Assembly: GCA_965219085.1 (NCBI GenBank)
Contig: OZ244720.1
Span: 2,560,001-2,624,000, forward strand
DNA length: 64,000 bases
Source of the DNA: Dehalococcoidia bacterium
GTDB lineage: Bacteria; Chloroflexota; Dehalococcoidia; UBA2979
Direction: 5' to 3'
Shown here: piece by piece, positions 29,573 to 39,313 of the stretch
How positions within the stretch are numbered: the stretch's first letter is position 1
Layout of the letters: every line of letters starts with the position of its first letter
Program-made: the position numbers and the translations under genes
Notes under the pieces: generated by a model
The model's database searches: none
What the model was told of the DNA's origin: nothing
Seen by the model: only the letters and a program-made list of their open reading frames with translations

Positions 29573-29606
29573 TGGGGAGGCCACCCCACGCTTGGTGGCC
29601 TCCCCA
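29573..29606 (-). terminator. Hairpin downstream of helicase 3' end
   Basis: 13-bp perfect stem TGGGGAGGCCACC-8 nt-GGTGGCCTCCCCA just after the stop at 29619; no U-tract. Confidence 0.45.
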
Positions 29607-29618
29607 GTGTTGACTGGC

Positions 29619-30188
29619 CTAACGCTCTGCGCCGACCAACTCCCCTTCCCCCTCCCGTTCGAGCGCCCACTCGAAGAGGGAGATGGACGCTGGCGCGGGC
29701 CTGCGGCTCCGGCCCTTGGGCTCGGCCGGCTCCTCGGCCATGAACTCCGCCCACGAGAACAGCGTCCGCTGAGGTTCCTGAGCCTGGTCGTCCGTGACGG
29801 TGTCGAAGGCCATCGCCGCCTCTGTGACCACCGGCTCGGGCTCGGGCGCGGCCCACTCGGCGTCGACCAGCAGCGCCTCGGCCTCGGCCGCGACCTGCTG
29901 CGCCTGGGCAAAGACCGACTCCACCGAGTCGGCGTCCTCGTCGCCCGCGACGATCTTCCTCGCCAGGGCCAGCATCAGGTCGTCGCCCTCGTCCCCGTAG
30001 GCGGCGAGGCCGTCCTCGGGGAGTTCGCCCTCGACGGCGAGGGAGCTTTGCAGCTTCTTCGCCACGAGCTTGAGGGCGTCGGCCTGGAGGGTGTTCCGGT
30101 AGGCCATGAAGACGACCTGCACGGGCTGCGTCTGGCCGATGCGCCAGGACCTTCGGGAGGCCTGCCGCATCGTGTAGACGGAGTAGTC
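29619..30188 (-). pseudogene. 3' part of the ICE SF2 helicase, separated from its 5' part by the inserted element
   Basis: DYSVYTMRQASRRSWRIGQ (motif VI region) continues in frame from ..IVWFET at 56828. Confidence 0.9.
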
Positions 30189-31768
30189 GGCTCCGGTTTG
30201 GCAATCGACACGAACTCCTCGTCGGCCGGGATGGCGAGTGTGAGCGTGACGTTGTTCTCGCCGTCGATCGTCGCCTCCTCCAGCAGCAGGTCCAGCACCT
30301 CGCGGCGCTCCGCGTCGGGCAGGCCGTCGAGGCCGCCGCCGGCCCGGCGCGCCCACTCCACCACCTGCTCCACCGCGACGCGCCGGCCGGCCTGGGCCGA
30401 CGTCCTCGCCCGGTGCTCGTCGAGGCGCGCGCGCAGCCGCTCCAGCCGCTCGCCGATGAAGCGCCGCTGGTGGTCGAGCTGCTCCTCGCTGATCTTCCCG
30501 GACACGTAGAGCCGGATCGCACGGTCCTCCTCCGCCTGCACGCCCGCCAGCTCGCGCTCGGTGCGCGCGACCTCCTCGGCACCGGTGTCCTCGTCCGGGT
30601 CCAGCGCCGCCAGCCCGGCCGCGATCAGGTCCGGGTCCTGCAGGACGCGCCTGACCTCGCCCCAGACCAACTCCTCGAGCCGCTCGGCGCGGATGAACGG
30701 GTGCTCGCGGCAGCGCAGCCGGTAGGGCGCCCCCATCCCGTAGCAGCGGTAGTAGCGGCGAGGCGTCTTGAGCCTGTACGAGTAGGTCTTGCCGCGCCGC
30801 CGCGTGCTCTGGCTGCGGACCACCCGGGGACCCATCAGCATCCCGCACTCGCCGCAGTGCACGAGGTGTTGGAGCAGGTGGAAGGTCTTCGTGTTGCGCG
30901 GCGAGCGCGTCAGCCGCCGCTCGCGCAGCACGCGCGCCCGCTCCCACGTCTCCTCGTCCACGAGCGGCGGGAAGGGCACGCCGATCCAGGCGTCGCGGGG
31001 CTGCGCGTGCCTGAGCGTGCCTGAGTCGGTGGCGGTGTGGCGGGCCTTGCCGTACCACCAGGTGCCCCGGTAGGCCTCGTTGCGGAGGATGCGGTTGATC
31101 TGCGTCGCGTGCCAGCGCGCTCCCGGTATCGCCGTGGGAACGCCGTCGTCCGTGAGCGCCGCGGCGATGGCGGGCGCGCCCATGCCGTCTTCGACGTAGT
31201 GGCGGAAGATGCGCCGCACGACGGCGGCGCGCTCCTCGTCGACCTCGGGCGTGCGGCCCTCGCCGATGCGGTAGCCGTCGGGGACGTTGCTGACGGGGAT
31301 GCGGCCCTGCTTCGCGGTGCCGCGCTTGCCCATGGAGGCGCGCTCGCGGAAGTTGTCGAGCTCGATCTTGCCGATCGCGGCCATGAGCCCGAAGGTCTTC
31401 ATGTCGATCGCGTCCATGACCGCCTCGAGGCCGATGCCGTGCGCCTCGACGACCTCCATGAGGGCGGCGGCGGGGTACATGCCGCGGCTGAGGCGGTCGG
31501 ACTTCCAGCAGACGATCGTGTCGAAGCGGCCGGAGGCGGCGTCGGCGAGCATGCGCTGGAACTCGGGGCGGCTCTTGGACCAGCCGCGCCCGACCTCCTG
31601 GTAGCGGGCGGTAATGGTCAGGCCGCGCTCCGCGCAGTAGGCCTCCATGTCGCTGGTCTGCTCGCCGAGGGAGGTCTTGTCGTCCTCGGCCTGGCTCTTG
31701 TCGGAGACGCGCGCGTAGATGGCGGCGCGGCGGTTCCCGGGCTGGCGCTGTGGCTTCGTTCGTGGCAT
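29975..31768 (-). CDS. Large serine recombinase (integrase of element 30187-56827)
   Basis: AAIYARVS, DRLSR, LLQHLVHCGECG, YYRC, coiled coil; reads through the att junction at 30187 into an alternative frame of the helicase. Confidence 0.92.
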   Translation of the reverse strand: MPRTKPQRQPGNRRAAIYARVSDKSQAEDDKTSLGEQTSDMEAYCAERGLTITARYQEVGRGWSKSRPEFQRMLADAASGRFDTIVCWKSDRLSRGMYPAAALMEVVEAHGIGLEAVMDAIDMKTFGLMAAIGKIELDNFRERASMGKRGTAKQGRIPVSNVPDGYRIGEGRTPEVDEERAAVVRRIFRHYVEDGMGAPAIAAALTDDGVPTAIPGARWHATQINRILRNEAYRGTWWYGKARHTATDSGTLRHAQPRDAWIGVPFPPLVDEETWERARVLRERRLTRSPRNTKTFHLLQHLVHCGECGMLMGPRVVRSQSTRRRGKTYSYRLKTPRRYYRCYGMGAPYRLRCREHPFIRAERLEELVWGEVRRVLQDPDLIAAGLAALDPDEDTGAEEVARTERELAGVQAEEDRAIRLYVSGKISEEQLDHQRRFIGERLERLRARLDEHRARTSAQAGRRVAVEQVVEWARRAGGGLDGLPDAERREVLDLLLEEATIDGENNVTLTLAIPADEEFVSIAKPEPTTPSTRCGRPPEGPGASARRSPCRSSSWPTGTPSRPTPSSSWRRSCKAPSPSRANSPRTASPPTGTRATT

Positions 31769-31983
31769 GGCTGGCTCCTCTCAGAAACAGAACGACCCGC
31801 CACCTGCCGGGGCGGGTCCGCGAGCGGTAGCATGCTGCTCGCGTCACCTGTACCAGCAGGCGGCGCCACGGCCCGGGGCGTTCTCAGCGCCGCCGGGCCA
31901 CCTTGTCCCCCTCAGCGTAGCCGGGGCACCGCGAGGCGGTCAAAGCGGCGTCGCCACGGCGGGCTCCCCGCGCTGCGCCTTCC

Positions 31984-32175
31984 CTATCGGACCTCCGGGC
32001 GCTCCCCGTCGCCTGCCTGAGAAGCGCGGGTCGCGTGTTCGAGCAGGATCGCGGCGATGCGGCGCAGGCGCGCCTCAGCGTCGGGAGTGGGCCGGTACTC
32101 GACGGCGACCACGCGCGGCTCAGGGCCACCGGGGTGGCTGCTCCTCGTGCGCTCCCGCCGCTTCGCCGATTTCAT
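31984..32175 (-). CDS. Small protein upstream of the integrase
   Basis: 63 aa with strand-turn-helix pattern VVAVEYRPTPDAEARLRRIAAILLEHA. Confidence 0.5.
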   Translation of the reverse strand: MKSAKRRERTRSSHPGGPEPRVVAVEYRPTPDAEARLRRIAAILLEHATRASQAGDGERPEVR

Positions 32176-32922
32176 CTCGTCCGACCTCGTACGCCCGCTC
32201 CACGGGCAAAGCGTGATGGGCTGGAGCGCCGGGCGTAATCCCATGAAAGGGACTGCACCGATGACATGTTTCGGCCTTCGCTCGCCCGTCGTACCGCCCG
32301 TCGCCTCCCGTTATTGGTGCTGCTGACGGCCATCGAGTGTGCGGGGGCGGGCGTGGCGGCGGAATGCCCTATAGGGGAGGGCGCGCGTGGCCCCGCCCCC
32401 ATGGAGCGGGCGCAGCCGGGGCCGACGGGTGTCATGGGCGTGTACAGGGAAAAGACGTGAGTTCCGAGAGAGGGAAGTCCCAGAAAACGCAGGCAGGTCA
32501 AGGGGAAACGCCTCTACAGGACGCGTCGGGCAGAAATTCGGGAGGAAGCGCGTATTCCACCCGAAGACGCGGAAAGTTCCGTCGGAGGGAAGTCGGAAAT
32601 GACCATCAGGTGCGCGACATCCATGGCCTCGCCCGAGGATGCGGCGGCGATGGTCGGGGCGTCGCCGTCGGGGTCGCCGAACACACCCGGCGAGGACACG
32701 CGCCGCGTCGCTCCCGCCCCGGGCGACCGCCGTGGCGTCGTTCCGTCCCGCCCCAGGCATGGGGCGCAGCCCCTTGCGAGCGGACTTCGCGCGTGAAGCC
32801 CCCCTGTGAGGGATGGTCGCGCCGTCCCCCGACTCCGACGCTGGAAGCGGCTAGACACCCACCCTGCGGCCCGCAGGGCGGCAAAACGGGCGGGCGTTGC
32901 GCCCGCCGGGAGATGGACCAGC

Positions 32923-33105
32923 GTGAAGACCCAGCGAGCGCTGAGCGACGAGCAGGAACGGCTCCGCATCGAGGGCCTGCGCATCCTTGCGCGCATCATC
33001 GCTCGTCGCGTGCTCGCTCAGCCCCGCCCTCCTGCCGACCCAACGTCAGGGACGCGGACGGACGGGACGCAACGCGAGCGCATCCGCCTCGACCGCGGCG
33101 CGTGA
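32923..33105 (+). CDS. Small recombinase-associated protein, copy 3
   Basis: LSDEQERLRIEGLRILARIIARRVL; divergent from the integrase, as at 2755..2943. Confidence 0.6.
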   Translation: MKTQRALSDEQERLRIEGLRILARIIARRVLAQPRPPADPTSGTRTDGTQRERIRLDRGA

Positions 33106-33242
33106 GCCTCCCCCACGGCCAGCGGAGGCGCCGTTCCGCGCCAGCGCACGGGGCGAGGCTGGCGGAGCCTGCGATGCGCACCACTCCGTAGCCACTAGCG
33201 GGAACGGCTCCGTATCATCTCGCGGAGACTCCAGGGGGCGCT

Positions 33243-36200
33243 GTGGTGGCCACGGTCGACGGCACAGGCGACGCGAACAGGGACGCTCGCGTGGGGAGCG
33301 AGCCCGAAGGCGCGGACGGGACTACCGGCGATCCAATCGCGAGCCGGATCGGCGAGTGGCAGACGCGACTGCTCCAGCTCAACCGTCGGAACAACCTGCT
33401 CTATTTCAAGCCCGGGCGTAGCGCGGTCGGGATCACAGGCCTTGGTCCCGACGAACTCTATGATCGGCTCCGCCGGTCGCGGCGCGGCCTCGAGTTCCCA
33501 TACGCGCCACCGCCGAGACGACGCGGCCGGTTCGCTCAGGAAGACGAGCCCGAAGAGGAGCCCGCCGCCCCTGTCAGTTCCCGAGCTGACCTGGCGACGG
33601 ACTGCGAAGTGGTCGACTTGCAGCGGAGACTCCGCAATCTCCGCCGCCGCGACCGCGAATGGGAAGAGGAGCAGGGCCTTAACGTACTCTTCCTCGCCGT
33701 CGGATTCCTCGATTGGATTGACGCCGACGGCGAGCCGGCGCGCTCGCCGCTGGTGTTGATTCCGTGCGACCTCGAACGTGCATCGCCACGCGACCCGTTC
33801 CGCCTGCGAGCCGAGGACGACGATCCGGTAGTGAACCCCACCCTGAGCCACCAGCTTTCGATCCTGGGCGTTGACCTGCCCGCACTCGGCGGCGACTCCT
33901 CCGAGGACGAATCGCTCGACGCGTATATCGCCGCGGTCGGCGACCTCATAGGAAGTCGAGCGGACTGGGCGGTCGATGGCGGCATCGCGCTCGGCGCATT
34001 CTCGTACTCGAAGCTCGCGATGTACCAGGACCTGGAGCGGATGTTGCGTCACGGCGTCCGGAGTGACCTCACGCAACTGCTCGCCTCCGGTGGCGCCGCC
34101 CGAATCGAGCGGGCAACGGCGAGTGGCACGGCACCTGCGGCGGTGCGTGGAGAAGACCTCGCCGGCGGCCGACTGGACGACCTGCTGGATATCCGCGATC
34201 AGTACGCAGTGCTCCCGACCGACTTCAGCCAGCTGGGCGCGCTCGATCAGGCGCGCGAGGGCGGACACCTGGTCATCCACGGTCCGCCGGGCACGGGCAA
34301 GAGCCAGACGATCGCGAACCTGATCGCGACGCTCCTCGCCGACGGAAAGCGCGTCCTCTTCGTAAGCGAGAAGACGGCCGCCCTCGATGTCGTGAAGCAG
34401 CGGCTGGAGGAGTGCGAGCTCGGGGTGTTCTGCTTCGACCTGCACAGTGACCGGGGTAGGAAGAGCGAGGTCTACGCGCAGTTGCGGGAATCCGTCAACA
34501 ACCCCCGCGCGCGCATCGCCGCCGGTGTGTCCGCAGACGAACTGAAGGAGCAACGGGACCGCCTCAACCGTGTCGTGCGCAGGCTCCACGAGCGCCGGCA
34601 ACCGCTGGGGCTGTCGGTGTACGAGGTGCAGGGCCGCTTCGCAGGACTCCGTCACCTTCCCCGGTTCGAGGCGCTCAAGGCACCATCGGTCGCGGATCTG
34701 GAGCAGGAGTGGATTCGTCAGGCCGAGGCCGATGCTGGCCGGATCGCGCGGCGGCCCGCAGAGTTTCTAAGCCATGACGCCAGCCTGTGGATGCCGCTCC
34801 GAACGCCACAGCGCTCGCTACAGCTCGCGGACCTGATCCGGCACGACATGGCGGACGTACTACAAGCCGTTGAGGAGTTCCGAGCGGCCGCCCAGCCGCA
34901 CGCGGAGTGGCTCGGCGTGCGGGCGATCGGGTCCGCGGAGGATGCGCGAGCCGTGGCGCGACTGTTCGAGCTGCTCGCAGAGGCCCCGGCCGTCCCCGGT
35001 GCATGGCTCGAGCCGGGCACTGTGCCGCGTCTGCGCCGGTTGTCGCGAGAGCAGGCCGAGCAGCAGCGCGAACGCCGCCGCCTTGAAGGGGTGCTGTCGG
35101 ACGCGCTCGGTACTGAACCACCATCTATCGACTACCGCGCCGTACTGAGCCGCATACCTCTCTCGCCTGGAGATCAGGAGGCCCTCGAGGCGACGGCGGG
35201 GCGCGGCTGGCGCAGCGCCCTCGCTACCGATCCGTCGGCGCTGTTGGATGAGGCGAGCGACCTTGCCGCGGCACTCGACCGGCTGGCGGCCGGCGCCGCG
35301 GCGATCGCCGAGCCGCTCGGGAACCCGGAACTGCGCACCCTGAGCCGGATTGATCATGCAGCCGGCCTGGCGCAGCGCGTCCTCGGCTTTGATCCCGTCC
35401 CGCAACACTGGCTCACGGCCGCCGCTATCGATGAGCTGGAGGAGGAAGTCGCACAGGCGCGGTCGCTGCTCGACCAGCTCAGTAGTGAGGAGGATGCGCT
35501 CAGGGCGGACTTCTCCGACGGCCTGGTCGAGCTCGTGGATGAGGAGATGCTTGTCCGCTACCGCACGGATCACCAGAGCTTCTGGCGACGTCTCTTCCGT
35601 GGGGAGTACCGGAGTGACCAGCGCGTGCTGAGAGGCCAACTCGCGGCCCCGCGCAAGCTCTCGCCCGTCGAGTCGCTCACCGCGGTCGAGCGCGCCCTCA
35701 ACGTGCAGCGGCTGCGCGCCCGCTGGAGCGAGATCGAGTCGGAGTTGAGCGAGACTCTGGGGGCGCGCTTCCGTGGACGCGAGACGCAGTGGGAGCGAGT
35801 TGGCGAGGATTCCCGGTTGCTGCGCGGGGTGCTCACCGACTGGCGCGGAGAACCCTCCATCCTCCGCGAATTGACTGCCGCCGGAACGGACGGCGAACGG
35901 CGCCACGAGCTCGAATTGGCAACCGAGCCGCTCAACGATGCCCTCGCTCGGTACCGCAGGGCCGTGGAGGCGATCGGCCATGAGCCACTCGGCGATGCGC
36001 AACTGGACGTGGCAGCCACGGGGGAGGCGGTTCGACGGGCGTTGGAGCCGCTGCACCGCATCCGGGACGCAACGGCGGAACTCTTCCGCAGTCTCGTGAA
36101 GCCGCTCGCCGACTACTACGCGCTGATGGGACTTGTCGAGAGCGGCGTGAGGCTCATGGCGATACGTGACGAGGACGAACGCCTGGCACCGGCACTTGCG

Positions 36201-38945
36201 TCTGACTTCGGCACCCTCTTCGCGCACGAGACGACCGACTGGGCAGCTGTGTCGAGAGCGCTCGATTGGACCGAGGGGTTCCTTCGCGCAGCCAACGGGC
36301 GGGTGAGCGACACGCTGCGCCAGCACGTCACCGACCCGCAGGGGGATGGGGAGTACACGGCGCGCGCTCACATCCTCATCGAGGCTTGCGGTCACTATGG
36401 GGAGGCTCTGCGCAGGCTCGATCAACGCTTCGACATCGCCGCTACGGACTGGGCCTCGTGGGATGCGCCTTCCCTTCGCGACATCGAGGCGTGGGCCGCA
36501 GGTCTCCGCGAGAACGCAGGCGACGCACCGGCGTGGGTCGAGTACCGGGACGCAGTGCGTGGGTTCGACGCGCGCTTCGGCGAGGGAGCGGCAACCGCCG
36601 TGCGCTCGCTGACCGAGTCAGCGGCGGATGTGCCGGGCATCGTCGCGCGGCGCGTCTACGAAGCGTGGCTGGACGAGTTGTATGCCGCCGCGCCCGAGCT
36701 CGGCGAGTTCAACCGGGTCGACCACGAGGAGGTCCGCGCACGCTTCCGGGAGCTGGACGAGCAGTTTCCGACGGCGGCGCGTCAGCGGGTACGCGAGCTC
36801 GCATTCGGGAGGTATCCGGAGCAGCACGCGACACCCCTCCAGGCTGGCCAGCTTGGCCTGCTCACCGGCGAACTCTCGAAGCGGCGTCGGCAGATGTCCG
36901 TCCGCCGCCTGATAGCGAGAGTCCCGAACGTGCTACAGGCGCTGAAGCCATGCTTCTTGATGAGTCCCCTCGCGGTCAGTCAGTACCTACCCGACGGCCC
37001 GCTGGAGAGCGATCATCTCGCCTTCGACGTGGTGATCTTCGACGAGGCGTCTCAGGTGCTGCCCGAGGACGCGATCCCGGCCATCGAGCGCGCGCGCCAG
37101 GTGATCGTCGTTGGCGATCGCCTCCAGCTCCCGCCCACGGCGTTCTTCCAAGGTGGCGTCGGTGACGACGACGACAACCTGGACGACGACGATGACAGGC
37201 CCGCCGACGCCTTTGAGGGTCGTGAGAGCATCCTCGACGTCATGGTGGGACAGGTTGGCCCGGGCATCGCCGAGCGGTACCTGTCCGTGCACTACCGCAG
37301 CCGCTGCGAGAGTCTCATTCGCTTCTCGAACCACGCCTTCTACGACAACCGGCTGCTGACATTCCCCGGTCCGGACCCCGACGCCCCGTGCGTGCGTGAT
37401 GTCTACCTGCCGGACGCGACCTACGACGCCGGCGGAAGCCGCCAGAACCGCCTTGAGGCCGAGCGTGTCGCCGACATAGTGTTCGAGTTGATGGAGACGC
37501 TTCCTGACGGTGACAGCGTCGGGGTTGTCGCTCTCTCGCGCGCGCAGGCCGAGCTGATTGAGAACCTGATCGAGCAGGGTCGGCTGATCCGCCGCCATCT
37601 CGACGCACGGTTCAGCGAAGATGTCCGGGAGCGCTTCTTCGTCAAGAACCTGGAGAACGTCCAGGGCGACGAGCGCGACCACATGATCCTGTCGATTGGC
37701 TACGGTCGTACCCCTGCGGGTGCCGTACGGAACAATTTCGGACCGATCAACAACGAAGGTGGCGAGCGCAGGCTGAACGTGGCGGTCACGCGCGCCCGCA
37801 AGTCGATGACCGTCGTCCATGCCCTCCGCCCCGAGGACATCACGTCCACCACGCCCGGCGCCCAGCAGCTGCGCCGCTACCTTGAATACGCGCGCAACCC
37901 GCTCACCGCACTCGACGCCACAGTCACGGGCACGGGCGAACCGGAGAGCCCCTTCGAGGAGGCTGTACTTGCCGCACTGCGCGGCCGCGGGCATCGCGTT
38001 CATGCACAGGTAGGTGTCTCCGGGTATCGGATCGACCTTGCGATCCTGTCGCAGGATGGCGCCGGGTACGACCTCGGAATCGAGTGTGACGGAGCCACCT
38101 ACCACCGCTCGCCCGCCGCTCGGGACCGCGACTGGCTAAGGCAGAAGGTGCTTGAGGGCCTCCACTGGCGCATCCACCGGGTGTGGTCGACCGCATGGAT
38201 CCGGGACCAGGAGTCCGAGATCGCAGCCATCGAGGAAGCGCTCGAACGAGCGCGGGCGGGCGTAGCTGCCGAGCCTCACCCGCCGCCGGCCGCGGACACT
38301 GCGAACGATGTTCCCGAGGAGGCCGCCCCCGCGCGCGGACCTGTCGGCGAGAGGGAACCGGCTATAGAAGCCAGAGCGATCGACGGCCCTGCCCCGATAG
38401 AGACCGAGCTGTTCTTCGATGACTATCGCCGCTCCTACGGCGAACTCTGGGACGGCGACGCGCTCGACATCCCGTTGGCCGCGCTGGCGGCACGGGTCCG
38501 CCATCTCGTCGAGGTCGAACAGCCCGTCCACATCGATGCGGTCGTCGACGGGCTGCGTGTCGTCCTCGGCGTCAGACGGGTCGGTGCACGAATCCGCGCT
38601 CACATTGAGCGCGCGATCTCCACCGCGATCTCGGGCAACGCCCTGTCCCGGGACGGCGAGTTTCTCCAGGTTGCCGAGGAGGCTGGCACTGCGCCGCGTC
38701 CGAGGTACGACCCGGACCGCCCCATCGGACGAGTCGCCGACTCCGAGCTCGACGAGGGCCTGCTGCTCGTCGCTCGTCGCACCTTCGGCGCCTCGTCGTC
38801 GGACCTCGTTCGCGAGACGGCTCGCCAATTCGGCTGGCGCCGTACCGGGCACGACATCAGGGACCGGCTGAACGAACGGATCGACTCACTCCTTGAGAGC
38901 GAGCGGCTGCGTCGGCGAGGTGACACGCTCATCGCTCCGGAGTGA
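33243..38945 (+). CDS. DUF4011 + SF1 helicase + Vsr/MTES_1575-like nuclease + DUF3320-like tail (Hhe-like anti-phage protein)
   Basis: WQTRLLQLNRRNNLL, GPPGTGKSQT, FDEASQ, NVQGDERD, RRLNVAVTRA, ESPFEEAV..YRIDL..IECDGATYH..RDRDWLRQ. Confidence 0.88.
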   Translation: MVATVDGTGDANRDARVGSEPEGADGTTGDPIASRIGEWQTRLLQLNRRNNLLYFKPGRSAVGITGLGPDELYDRLRRSRRGLEFPYAPPPRRRGRFAQEDEPEEEPAAPVSSRADLATDCEVVDLQRRLRNLRRRDREWEEEQGLNVLFLAVGFLDWIDADGEPARSPLVLIPCDLERASPRDPFRLRAEDDDPVVNPTLSHQLSILGVDLPALGGDSSEDESLDAYIAAVGDLIGSRADWAVDGGIALGAFSYSKLAMYQDLERMLRHGVRSDLTQLLASGGAARIERATASGTAPAAVRGEDLAGGRLDDLLDIRDQYAVLPTDFSQLGALDQAREGGHLVIHGPPGTGKSQTIANLIATLLADGKRVLFVSEKTAALDVVKQRLEECELGVFCFDLHSDRGRKSEVYAQLRESVNNPRARIAAGVSADELKEQRDRLNRVVRRLHERRQPLGLSVYEVQGRFAGLRHLPRFEALKAPSVADLEQEWIRQAEADAGRIARRPAEFLSHDASLWMPLRTPQRSLQLADLIRHDMADVLQAVEEFRAAAQPHAEWLGVRAIGSAEDARAVARLFELLAEAPAVPGAWLEPGTVPRLRRLSREQAEQQRERRRLEGVLSDALGTEPPSIDYRAVLSRIPLSPGDQEALEATAGRGWRSALATDPSALLDEASDLAAALDRLAAGAAAIAEPLGNPELRTLSRIDHAAGLAQRVLGFDPVPQHWLTAAAIDELEEEVAQARSLLDQLSSEEDALRADFSDGLVELVDEEMLVRYRTDHQSFWRRLFRGEYRSDQRVLRGQLAAPRKLSPVESLTAVERALNVQRLRARWSEIESELSETLGARFRGRETQWERVGEDSRLLRGVLTDWRGEPSILRELTAAGTDGERRHELELATEPLNDALARYRRAVEAIGHEPLGDAQLDVAATGEAVRRALEPLHRIRDATAELFRSLVKPLADYYALMGLVESGVRLMAIRDEDERLAPALASDFGTLFAHETTDWAAVSRALDWTEGFLRAANGRVSDTLRQHVTDPQGDGEYTARAHILIEACGHYGEALRRLDQRFDIAATDWASWDAPSLRDIEAWAAGLRENAGDAPAWVEYRDAVRGFDARFGEGAATAVRSLTESAADVPGIVARRVYEAWLDELYAAAPELGEFNRVDHEEVRARFRELDEQFPTAARQRVRELAFGRYPEQHATPLQAGQLGLLTGELSKRRRQMSVRRLIARVPNVLQALKPCFLMSPLAVSQYLPDGPLESDHLAFDVVIFDEASQVLPEDAIPAIERARQVIVVGDRLQLPPTAFFQGGVGDDDDNLDDDDDRPADAFEGRESILDVMVGQVGPGIAERYLSVHYRSRCESLIRFSNHAFYDNRLLTFPGPDPDAPCVRDVYLPDATYDAGGSRQNRLEAERVADIVFELMETLPDGDSVGVVALSRAQAELIENLIEQGRLIRRHLDARFSEDVRERFFVKNLENVQGDERDHMILSIGYGRTPAGAVRNNFGPINNEGGERRLNVAVTRARKSMTVVHALRPEDITSTTPGAQQLRRYLEYARNPLTALDATVTGTGEPESPFEEAVLAALRGRGHRVHAQVGVSGYRIDLAILSQDGAGYDLGIECDGATYHRSPAARDRDWLRQKVLEGLHWRIHRVWSTAWIRDQESEIAAIEEALERARAGVAAEPHPPPAADTANDVPEEAAPARGPVGEREPAIEARAIDGPAPIETELFFDDYRRSYGELWDGDALDIPLAALAARVRHLVEVEQPVHIDAVVDGLRVVLGVRRVGARIRAHIERAISTAISGNALSRDGEFLQVAEEAGTAPRPRYDPDRPIGRVADSELDEGLLLVARRTFGASSSDLVRETARQFGWRRTGHDIRDRLNERIDSLLESERLRRRGDTLIAPE

Positions 38946-39313
38946 GACGCGGGCGGAGCGACCGTCGCGCGAATGCGAACGTCGAGAACGGCCCTTCCGG
39001 CAGTTGCTCGCGGACGGAACGCGCGGCAGCGTCAAGGGTTGTCGGTTTCGACACGGTCCTCTGCGAAGAACGTCGCGGCCTCACTCCGCTACAGGAGGCC
39101 CGTGAACCGGCTGAACCGGTTTTGCACCATGTGGCGCGAAACGGGCTGTTTGGGGCAGACAGACGCTGTAGAGAGAAGAACGTAGGTCAGACTGCCCCAC
39201 GGACACCACGAAAGTACTGCGAACACTGGGCTCTTCATGGGGCAGCGTGCACGACAGGCTGTCGCGGGAGAGCCCCCTACAGGAAGTGCTACGCCCGGCC
39301 TTGTGACACTTTG

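Noticed and set aside
29619-31847. 742-aa ORF ending in the helicase C-terminus, which might express the orphan helicase tail
   Set aside because: The first ~550 aa are an Arg/Pro-rich off-frame reading of the integrase with no credible start; likely chance in high-GC DNA.
32440-32600. Purine-rich GGAAGT/GGAAAGT motifs as iterons
   Set aside because: Too short and irregularly spaced to support; may just be promoter DNA.
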